DNA of 64,000 nucleotides. Source: Raillietiella orientalis (lineage: Eukaryota). Below the pieces are notes generated by a model. The model was not told the DNA's origin and did no database searches. It saw nothing but the letters and a program-made list of their open reading frames with translations. Below, piece after piece: positions 49,250 to 59,770 of this stretch. The first letter of the stretch is position 1, and each line of letters opens with the position of its first letter. Location: assembly GCA_036172245.1 (NCBI GenBank), contig JAYWIR010000030.1, forward strand, positions 2,046,001 through 2,110,000, written 5' to 3'. The position numbers and the translations under genes were made by a program.

Positions 49250-51550
49250 ACCGAAATTTTCCTTTAAAGATGGTGTTTTACAAATGACAGTACTCAAGAA
49301 AAGAGCAATAAGTGATAAGTTTGGCTACCATACCCTCATGACCCCATTTGACTTCTGTTAGCAATCCATATCCTCCCAACCAACGCCGACTCAGAGCCCT
49401 CAGCCATCATGGCCATCAACAAGCCACACTTCTTTCTAAAACACCTTCCTTGTTGGGCTAAAGAAGCACTTCATTCCACTGCGAGTTCTCGAAGGCCATT
49501 GCCGCATGAGCAGTATCAAGTCTGGGATAGTTTTATAGATTTTCGCAAAAGACCATTGAGAGCTGCTCTTTCTCATTTAGCAAACGCTATTTCTTTTGTT
49601 TATTACATGAAAACTTGTGACAAGACCGATGTCCTGATGGGCTTGCTGGAACAGAAAGACCTCCCATTATTAAAGACAGAGTCAGTCAAAATGAAATTCC
49701 AGCCTGCCTTTTGTTTTCTTTTCTTCTTCATTAGCACTGACTAGAGAATTGTACCTTGTCCATCTCGGGAATGCAAACTTGAGCGAATCACATCGGTGAA
49801 GACTACGTTATCACTTGCTTCTGATCGAGAGCTATATGGGCAGCTCCTTCCAGTTCTCTAGATAACAGCAGCTCAGACTGTGATTGTTCCAGGTGACACT
49901 GTCATTTCTCTTGGTCGCTTCCAGAAGCAAAACTGAGTCTTTGCAACGGGAGACACAGAGCTGTCATGGTACCTTCGCGCAGAAGTAGCCCCATCTTCAC
50001 CCTTTTTCATCTTCACCTCAGCTCTTTTAAAAGCAAAACTTGGCTAAGTGAATGACCTGAAGACATTTCTCTTCCCCCTGAAAGCGATTTGTGAGAGTTT
50101 AGCTCTCCTTTTGGACATCATGAGGCACCAGCTGTTTAGAAGAGGAACTTCAGTGACCTCCCATATTTTGGGGCACTCTGAGAATTGACCAACAACTCTA
50201 AAGAAAATGTGTGATCCATTCGGTACCTATTCTTCCGAGAACCAAACACTTTTGAGCTTCAGTACCAAGCGAAGGGGCAGACAGCGGCTGATCAGCAGGT
50301 CTCAGGAATGCCAAAAGCTCTCAGGAAAGCTCAGCAAAACCAAAAGCAGAAAATGCCTTCCATTCGGAAAAGAGACGGAGGATCCAGCTAAAGAGAAGTT
50401 CACTTCTCGGAATGTCAGTGGTGAAACACCGCGAGGAAGCTTCAGGGGACAACTGTATGAGCGGAGACCGGTCTCTCCGTACTGACAAGACACAAGTAAA
50501 CCCAGTCGTGAAGGTTCGACGAAGTCGTGGCTATACGAAAGTAGGGGATGCACCGGAGTCCTATTGATCTTCAGCTTTTTTGCTTGCCAACTTATGGATC
50601 CCAGAAATGACGCGGCTGTGTCCAGAACAGCGAGAAGGATCGACTGGAACTTCTGCGGAATACCCTCCATCTGCATCCCTTCCTCCTAGCTTTGGGTTGC
50701 GGAGCAACGGGTTTTGAAAGCTTCCCTTGGGCTTCAGAAGACAAAAGATCAGCCTTGTTTGTTCAGCTCTCTGATCGTGATAGCACTCCGTGCTTTCGAG
50801 GAGCAAAAGGGCAAAATGGATGCTCTCTTCGGCGAAGGGGAAAAAAAGCCGATCCGGGGAGTCAGAATGACAGTGGCGATTGTCTGGTGTTGAAAAAGGC
50901 TGCGTGCTGGATCTTGAGATTCCTCAAACGCCCAAGAACAACTGCGGTTTCCCTCGATTTCGTCACACCTCTGCCAGAGGAAAAAGCGATGGAGGATGCG
51001 CTCATCGAACGCCAACCGGATTCTTTGTGTGCGATTGCAAAATTTGCGTTTCCCTTTCTTCTTCTCTGCTCAGAAAGTTCATCGATCTCCCATGTCAGCC
51101 GTCGGGAAATCTTCCTCTTTGAGGCACATGAAACTTTCTCCCGATTCATTGACTTTGCTGATGACAGATTGTTTTAGAAACCATGATGAGGGTTAGGCTT
51201 GTTCTCTCTGGTTCCTGTAGAAGACAGTACCCGTGGCATCGAAAAGCGTTACCGCAATCATCACTGCCAGCATCAGTACCTCCTTAATCAATGACATTAT
51301 CATCCATTCTTCCCCCCCTCCCTTTGGCAGTGCGTGTTCGTCTCCCACATCAAGTCGCAAGAATTCGGGGGGCATCCCGACTGGTGCCAGAGCGATTCGC
51401 CACCAGCGCCTCTTTTCCTGTGTCCGGGAGCACATCCCGTGGCTGAACGACCCTCCATGAGATTGCGGACATCCGTTTTCCGTGGCCTGTTCACATGTGC
51501 TCTTCCCTGTAGGACGTGATCCCATGTGCCAAGGAGCTCTCAGCATACTT
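49250..51550 (-). mobile_element. L1-clade LINE ORF2 remnant
   Basis: In order: MEGIPQKF (cf. DGxPxEF), SFPNGRHF (cf. FxxGRxI), AGWNF..NGRSF..SVLSQVFM (cf. GW..AGR..VL..IPxYxM), VGWEDMDC*QKSNGVMR..NLSLIA (cf. VxWxxxCxPKxxGGxG..NxAL). Confidence 0.5.
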
Positions 51551-53053
51551 TTTCATGGAACTGAGTGGCCTTCCAGCAGACTATATGGATTTTTATCGAG
51601 GACCTAGGTCAGTTCCCGCTGCAGGACCTTTGCGGAGAGAGGTATCTTGCGGGGGAGCATCCGGAACGATTCCAACAGGAAGCGAAGGAAGCGTCCCTTC
51701 GACTGGACACGCAGGATCATCTCAGCAAGCGGGAAGATTTCCTCTGTTCTTGGCATCAGTTTTCAGCCCTTCGGTCTTCAGGATTACGTCCATTCATGCG
51801 AGTTGAGGCCGGAATTCCGTTCCCTGGGCTCACACCGCTGCTCTTCGCCTGCTGGAATTCCGAAACCACAGCAAGTTTCCTACGATGGATGAGTGGCCAT
51901 ACTTCTGGCGGGAGAGGTGGTTGCGGACTCTTGGGCGATCGGCAAACGAAGGGAGAGAGGGGAAAGCTAACGTGATAAGATTCTGCCCCTCCGCTTCCCC
52001 TTGAACTGTCCAGTTCAATCCTGTTCCCGAGACAGAGGGAGAATGAGGAAAGGAAGAAGGTGAAGAACAAACTATCGCGTCTCTCCAGCTGTCTCGGCTG
52101 CTCCCGGATGCCGAGAACATTGTCCGAGACATGCTGAGTCATCCTTCCGCATCGCCCAACCAAAACTATGCGAAGGCAGAACCCTTGGGCAACGGAGTCC
52201 TTCTGTAGCACGGGGAGAAAGGGTATCGTCCGCTTAGAGGAACCCGGATCTATATGGGCACGACCGCATCCATCCGAAGTCTCGTCCCCCACGCACCCGT
52301 TCACGTTGACGAAAGAGATGGACGCACTCAGGGCTTGGCGCTTCCTTGCTGCTTCACTGGTTCGGCCAGACCTTCACATCGGTCAGAGTCAGAATGGCCT
52401 GAATACTGTGGAATTCTTGCACCGCACGAAACATCTCGCTCTTTTGTAGTCCTCCGTCAGATGCCATTTTGTTTTGCTTGTTTTGTGCATCGTCCCTGGA
52501 AACGGAGGCCTTCGAAATTTGCTCTTGAGGACTCGCTTTCTTCTTGAGACGTTCACGATCGGCTTTTGTTTGCTGCTTGTATGGACCAGCTGCTGGGTAG
52601 GGAAGAGTCTCTCTCTTTCTTCGGCTCCGCCCTCAATCGGATCTCCGGGAAGCTTCGTAGGTCTTCGAGTCCGTAAGGCAGTTCCATTACGCAACCACCT
52701 TCCTTTCTTTTCTCTCTGTTGCAGTTTTTGCTCCTGGGAGTGATGCGGCTCGACCTAGGTCACGGCCCGACTAAATCCCAGCTTCTGGGAGCGAGAAAGA
52801 AAAAAATAGAAACCAAGGGGCAGAGCACTTCATCTATAGGAGGGAAAGAAGTGCGACTCCTCTGCTCAAGAGGGGACGATGGCGGAACAGCAGCACCCAG
52901 AGGATCAGAACTTCCTTCGAAGGCGCGAGGAATCAAGAGAGCCCGCGCTGTTCCTGAATGGTACCTGAGGAACACCTCCCACGTGTGATCACTCTGGAAG
53001 GGTCGTGAAGAGTTTCTGAGATCCCTTCCCCCTGCTGCGGAGTGGGCGTCGCC

Positions 53054-53097
53054 GAAAAGTTCTTCTGGAAGCCCTGGGTTTTTCAGAAGAACTTTTC
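53054..53097. repeat. 14-bp perfect inverted repeat with 16-nt spacer
   Basis: gaaaagttcttctg (53054-53067) / cagaagaacttttc (53084-53097); extendable inward with G-T pairs. Confidence 0.9.
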
Positions 53098-53912
53098 CGC
53101 AGACCCGGGGATCCCTGGACGCAGCGCTCCTTGCTACATAAGGAAGATTCTGAGGTTCACCTGCAGAGCGGCCTGCAGATTTTCCTCGCTCCTTGGAAGA
53201 GGAGGAAGGCAGAAAAGAGATCTTCCTTTTTACGTGCTCATTCTGACATCTTCAAACCTCCTCGGGTGCCTGCCGATCGCTCCAATGAGAAAGTTTACAG
53301 AAAACGGAAGGAGCGAGGGAGGATTCCTCAATCCTACCGGATGCTGTTTCCAGATGCTCCTGCAGGAGAGTCCCACGCACTATTTCTCCTCCTCTAGCCT
53401 CGGCATTCGCCCGGAGATTTCCATGGTTTCACTTCTTTCCGTTTCGACGCGCATTCCAGGGTCGGAACGCCTTTCGCTCGCATCTGTCCTTGGGAAGGCA
53501 TCCTCCTGAGTCAGCCCGTAATGATGCGATCACGCCTGCTTCCAACCGGAAAAAAAAGGAAGGAAGATCAGGGCTTCCGCATGCTCTGTCCATCTCTTGG
53601 GTAAAGAGGTCTTCGAAAGAAAGGCGTGCTCTTCCGGGAGAGCCGAAGAGCTGTGCGCAGGGACCACAGCGAAAGCCTCGGCACCGCTTTCATCCGGTCG
53701 CCTTGTAACCCGCGTCTATTCCAGGAAGCGAAGCATTTTTTTGTTTCGAGATAAAAAAAAGGGGGGAGAAAGAAGAAAGGAAGAAGAAAAGGAAGAAAGA
53801 AGAGATTCCTTTGGACTTCCTTTGAGAGAACGAAAGGCTGAGAACCATTTGTTGAGGCGACCGCAGGAAGAGGGTGGCCGTAGAGTAGAACAGCGAATGG
53901 ACCCAGCCCGAG

Positions 53913-54583
53913 GGCTGTTCTCTCGGAGCCCTCCTCTCCGTGCGACCTCCACGATCCCGCTGCAAAGTTTCTGCTGCCACTGCTGCGGCCTGAGCCCCCG
54001 GAGTTTCAGGCCCCGAACCCTCCTGCGCGCACCGTTGCCACCTTCCCTCCTCAACCTCCTCGCCGCACCCCATCTCTGCCGACCACGGAGCACCGCGCAA
54101 GCAGGAACAGTCCCATCCAGCAGGCTGGGGGCAGGCTCGACGCTTGAGCGCTTAGGGCCGGTCGCTTCGGCTGCTGCGTCGCTGCATGCACTTCAGGCCG
54201 GGCCACGACTTGCGCGGTTGTCACCACCCTGCTTCCCGAGGCAACCAACACCTTCCGCGGGGTCCGACGAGCTCATCCTTTGGTTTCTCCTGCGTCAGCC
54301 AGTTTTGCTTCCCCTGACTAGCCCCTCAGAGTTCGAGCAAACTGGACCTCCCGGCCACCTGGAGCTGGAGATAGGCCGAGGTCGCTTCTTCTCTGCCCAT
54401 CCGGGATCCCATCCTCTTTGCGCTTCGGCGAGCACCGTGATGAACTGCGGAGGGAACTGGCGCCCGGATTCGCCGTTCTTCCGCTTGCGGTCAGCTCTTA
54501 TAGGACCGACTTGCAGGTTATCGCTGACAGTCCGCGGATTTCCATCGGTCATCTCTGGCTCCGTCCTGACCACGCGAAGTTCT
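53913..54583 (-). repeat. 671-bp inverted repeat, copy B (partner 17530-18200)
   Basis: Reverse complement of 17530-18200, about 99% identical, no indels. Confidence 0.98.
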
Positions 54584-56602
54584 CCATCTTCCAGTCGATC
54601 AGGCCTACTCCTCTTACTCGTTCGTTGAACCCTCCCGCACTGTTCTTCCACGCGAAACCACGAACTAGGAGCCACCATTTTGGCGGACGCGGACTTCTCG
54701 CGAGTACCCACGCCGTCGCCCGTCGGAAAGCCGAGGGGTGCCGGGATCCGAGGTCCGCGGTGGATCTGGTAAACAAGGGATGCTCACTCGCGTCCGCCCG
54801 AGAGAAGGCGGCGGTCGGATGCTTAGCGAGCTGCTGTGCCCGCAGGGTCTCGCGCGAAGTCAGAGCTGCTGGAGCTGCAGGAGCTGATGGTGGTAGTGGG
54901 GATGCTGCTACTGCTGCTGATGATGAGGTGAAGGAGGAGGAGGAGAGAGTCTTCTTTGTGCGTTACGTTTGTGCGATGAGGTGAGTTGCCGGTGCCATCC
55001 CACCTCGTGGTGCTTCCTCTGCCATTGACTTCGGCCGCCGGCAAATCTAAGAGGAAGGAATGTTAGAGTCTCCTCGGCAGGCACGCCGCTCGCACGATCT
55101 GCGGGACGGACAGGAGCTCCTGTTGGCATCGCTGCTGCTCTTCGACGCACCGCCAGTGCGTTCCGCTCGAGAGCTCCCTGAGCGGCGAGCGACGGCGCAG
55201 ACCTGGCCGAGCATTGACTGCTGTCTGCCAGCACAGAGCTCGCGCGCGCAGCCTCCAGCGTTCGCTGCCCCCAGAGGGACCCGGCCGTTTCACCCCACCC
55301 GATTCTCCCCCTCTCTGCCGCTCTGTGGACCACCTTCCGGTGCGAGCCGTCCCCGTTCTCCGCGCACCCGTCTTTTTCCTCTTTTCCCCCGGGATGCGGA
55401 GCGCCTGCGCAATGCCAAGAACTCACTTGTCGGAGAGAGTCCTTTCTCCTTCGCGCGGAACAAGGATCTCCCTCACTCCGCCTTCCCCTCCCTCTCTCCA
55501 TCTGCTTCCCTTTTTACCCATGTGCGCCGCGTCCTCGGCTGCGCACCGCGTGGATGCGCTCAGCACACCTGCGGCATCGGAAAAGGCCGAGCGCGACGTG
55601 ACCGCCGATCTTCCGAGTCACCCATGTGAAGCACGCGCGTCCCCGCGCGGCTGACATTCCTTTCGGGTCTTTGCGTGTCCTGGCGCGTGTGATCTTCCTT
55701 GCTCTTTTTGCTCATCCACCATGAAGCCGAGAGAGTAAGGGACGGAAAGAGGAAGAGACGGCTTTTGCGCTTCTTGGATCTGATCACGCGAGAGGAAGGA
55801 GCAAAGGGACAGGGAGCGGGGCCCGCTCCCCTCGGCCGCCGAAATTCTTTCCAGCGAACCGCCGCTCCGATGGCTGCCCTAAACGCATCTCCTCCTTCTC
55901 CCTTCCTCCTCCTTCTCCCTTCCTCCCCCTTTTCCTCTTTCTTCCTTCCTCCGAGGCATCGCCGCTTCTCCTGAAGAGTAGGAGAAGCGGCGACGGCAGC
56001 CAGCAGGAGTGCTGGAAAAGCGCCGAGAATGGGGGGCGGGGCAACGCTCTCCGTGAGCCGGGACTGTCCAGCCGGCGTGAGCGCATTCCATGCCCGAAGG
56101 CACGCCAAACCAAAACCGGACGTCGTCTATCTGGATGGCCGTTCTTCCCGGAATAAAGGCTCCGGACTTCTCGTCCCCCCCTCACCGAAGGGCTTCTCCG
56201 CCTGGTGGGAGACGTGGCCACGTGCCCTGGATCTGACCACAAAGCAGCGATATCGTCCTCAGCATCTTCTCCCTGCTCCACCACGATCTCTGCTGGCACC
56301 GCCTCCTCCTTGCCACCACCACCTCCTCCGCGATCATCCGTTTCGTGCCCCTCTTCCTCGCCGTCAGCGTCGGACTGCCATCATCACCGCCACGATCGGC
56401 CCTGTCGGTCATCTGTCCTTCCGCCCCCTCCCTCGCCACCGCTGGCATCATTCGCTCCTCCTCTCCCTTCCCCTGTTCCTGCCCACCGTCATCGTCGCCG
56501 CTGTCATCATCATCCGCCGCTCCCCTCCGCCCTCTCAGTGGGCAAAGTTGATTGCACCCGCTGCCCGCCCGCCTGTCCGGCGGCGGCGGCCAATTCGAAA
56601 TT

Positions 56603-56636
<34 letters not shown>
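56603..56636. repeat. (GCC)11 microsatellite
   Basis: Pure gcc run directly visible. Confidence 0.97.
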
Positions 56637-58449
56637 AGAGCAAGAGCCTCTGTTTTCCGCCCCCGGGGCTATCCGAATGCGAGCGGAGGAAGGAAGGAAG
56701 GGAGGAGGGGGAAGAGTTCGGAAGGGGGAGCAGAGAGAAGGTGTGGGGGGGGGGGGAGGAAGAAAGAAAGAAAGACGAAACGGACCGTCGAGGGAGCTGT
56801 GACGTCGGGCCGGGCAAACAGGTTTCCACGCCGGCCCCTCGCATCCGTTCTCAGCCGAGCTCTTGACCTCTGCCGGCGGGAAAATCCCCGCCGCAGGAGC
56901 GCACACTCCCTTCCCGCCCTCCCATTTCGCTCCAGCGGCGGGGACGCCGTAGGGGAAAGAGCCATGAGCGCGCGTCTCGGGAAGGGGTCGGAGAAGGATG
57001 CGAAGAACGGGGATTTTTCGGCTGCACGCGCTCGCGCCGCGCCGCGATGGTGGCGCCTCCCTGGCGGTTGAAGCATAGTCGGAGGAGGGTGCGGTCTCGG
57101 TCGAGCACGAGCAGCGCCGGCTGCCTCTCAGAGATCCTCCTCCTCTCTTCGCATCCTGTCCCCTGCGACGGCACGCTCGCCGAGGCAAGGAAGTAGCAAC
57201 ACCTGGGATGCGTGCGCCTCCCACCTGCCCTCGCGTTCGGGGGAGAAGGGGTGGTCCCCTTAACAAGATGCCGGTGAGTCCAGAAGGCGGCCGGAAACCC
57301 TGAGCGTCGTCGCGACGGGCTTCCCCACGTTGGTCCTCTTGGGGATTCGAACCTCCATCGCTCGGAATAATGCTCCTGCGAGTCCCACGACTTTCCCTCG
57401 CCTCGCGAAGGGAGCGCGCACACCCGTCCATCCGTCAGCCGGCCTCCTCCCGGAACTTCTCTCAGGCGGGGATTGGCGGCGCCGCTCGCCCGCGAGATTC
57501 GAATCGGCATCGCCCTGGCGAGCGATGCGAGCCAAGTGCTTTCGGCAGGGTCGCTGCTCACGCGTGCCTTCCCGTCTCCTGGGCCACCCGCCAAGCGGAG
57601 CACCTCCTAGGACGACCGCCAGCACGACCGAACCCCCGAACCTCCCTTTCGGAGCAGGGGACCCTCCAGTTCGAGTGAGAGGCCCTCGGGAGATTTCTTG
57701 AGCAAGAGCGCGTAGGAAATCGCTCTGACCCAGCAACTCTTCCCGCTTCGTCTTCCTCAGAGGCGGCTGGCGTGTTGATTTTTCGTAATTGCAGAGGCAA
57801 TGGCTGCCCTCGAGTTTCCGCGGATGCTCCTCGATGATCCATGGGTCGCTATCGCCGCTCGCGGATGCAGAGGCTCGGGGAGGCGTCTCGACAGCGCTCT
57901 TCGACCCGGATATCCGGCAGCGGGAATGGTTTGACGTCTCGTCCTCAGTCTGGGGACTGCTCCTGAGCAAAGCCGACAGAACCCCACGAGCCGTCCTGGG
58001 CGAGCAGAGGGAGAGCGAAGCTGAGGAAGAGCCTTCAGAAGCCTCGCCCGCAGTGGCTGCTCACGAACGGGGATCCCCTCCTCTTCGCCTGGGAGCGTTC
58101 CGGAAGACAAGCACTTTCCAGGAAGAGCGCCTTCACCTTCCAGCAACGGGAACATCATCACAGGCAGGAAGCTTTCAAGGCCCCTGAGAAGCCCGTTGCT
58201 GCAGGGAATGGCGTCGATTCCCTGGACCGCCGGATCTCGTGGGCGGCACCTCTTTCAACACATTCCATGAGATCAAGCTGGGATCCCTGAGCTAAGCATC
58301 TCCAGATGGCTCACAAAGGAGGCTCACCTTCTTCAATTGTTTCTTCTTCTTCCGTGCTACCTCCTCCCTCTTTTGGGGGAAAGAAAGGGGAAGCAGGAAG
58401 AGCATCTGTGTGCCCTTGTGGCATGGCTGTGCGTCGGGGAAGCAGTTCA

Positions 58450-59770
58450 TCAGCGGCGGCGTGTGCTCTCTGTGAACGAGAACGGGCACCGCTTGACGCT
58501 CGCTTTTGCCACGTCTCCGGGAAAGCTGCTCTCCGCGGAGAGGGAGGAGGAGCTTCTGAGGATTTCAAGGGTCTGAGAAGCGCGTCCCCAGGATGCTGCT
58601 CTTGATAACAGTGGATTCTTTGGCATCAGAAAGAAAGAAAGTGTCATCAGCCAGTGACTACGGGGTGTTCCTTGAAATGGAAGACCAAGTAGCGTAGGAT
58701 GCTGGACCCTACGTTCAAAGCTCAATGTGGGACGGGGGGAGTACAGATTTCAGATCGGTTTCTGGAAAGGTTTACAGAAGACACGAACAGAAAATAAAAA
58801 AAAAAGGATTCATTGCAAAAGACCTTTGGAAGAAAGGAGTGGCGGGAAAGGGTGTGAATGATGAGAGCGAAGATGAAAGGGAAAGACTTCCCTAAGGTTC
58901 CTCTAAGCCTGAGAGATCCGAAATTCGAGAAAAGCAGAGTTTGCAAGAAGCGATGAAGCAGCGCAGCGATGTTTCGTTGGCTGCAGCTGTTAAGCAGCAT
59001 GCAGCATCCCTATCTCTGCGCAATCTCGCCAGTGCTAAGGTCATTTGTAGGCTCCGTTCAAGAGGACTGCTCTGGTGGGCGGATGAAGGCGTACGAGGAG
59101 ATCCCCAAATAGGGAGAGGGAAAGATAGGTCGCAGTCAGCCTGTCGAAGGTTTGGCTCCTTGAGCGGGAAGAGTGCCAACTGGCCCGCTAGCTTCCAAAC
59201 CACCGGGAAACGAAGAAGGAAAGGAGGATGGGGGAGAGTAGAAGCTGAAGGTTCCGCGTCGTGCCGGGCAGCTACTGAGAAGCGTGCTGGAGAGATGAGC
59301 CACCGAAGGAGATGGAGACGATGAGCGGAAGATAAGCAGCGAAGAGCGGCAACCACTCTGCTCACGATAGCCTTTCTCTCCGATCAGCATTCTGCTTTTC
59401 CTGCCTCAGGGGCAGTCCGCGCATCCTGAGTGGGCGGGAAAGTCTTCAAACGAAGACGGTTGCCATCCCCTATTGGATCCTTCCTTTGTTTCTATGGCAG
59501 CCTCTTCTCTGTGATCGATGTATCCAGGAAAGAAAAGAACAAAATAACTCCAAAGGAAGAAAAACAGGCCCTTGGCAGCTCTGGAGCTTTCCAAGAGGTC
59601 TCCTGTGATCTTGCCAGAACTTTTCCGTTTCCATGCTCACAGATGGGTTTTCTCATGACAGCCAACACAATGGGTTCTCGGTGTTTCCCTGCAGAATAGC
59701 GCTTCCGAAGATGGGACCAGCTGAGATGAGACTCGTCTCGAGGAACTTTGGACTCTCTGCATGCCACACG
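58450..59770 (-). mobile_element. L1-clade LINE RT remnant
   Basis: KPICEH..WKAPELP (cf. KAPGPDG), HQSSPLERSL (cf. QxxFxxGRxI), LRGTLGKSFPFIFALIIHTLSR (cf. RQGDPLSPFLFxLxxExLSR) and SLADDTFFL (ADDT at 58640-58651; cf. FADDT). Confidence 0.55.

Noticed and set aside
18201..53912. Autonomous Maverick/Polinton or endogenous virus between the long inverted repeats
   Set aside because: No long ORFs and no pPolB, ATPase, protease or capsid motifs; no 6-bp TSD.
53597..54628. 343-aa ORF spanning repeat copy B
   Set aside because: Non-ATG start and no domain; identity with 17536-18078 only reflects the DNA duplication.
57331..57365. tRNA gene or primer-binding site (tggtcctcttggggattcgaacc)
   Set aside because: The B-box match is good but the T-stem pairs poorly; no cloverleaf and no adjacent LTR found.
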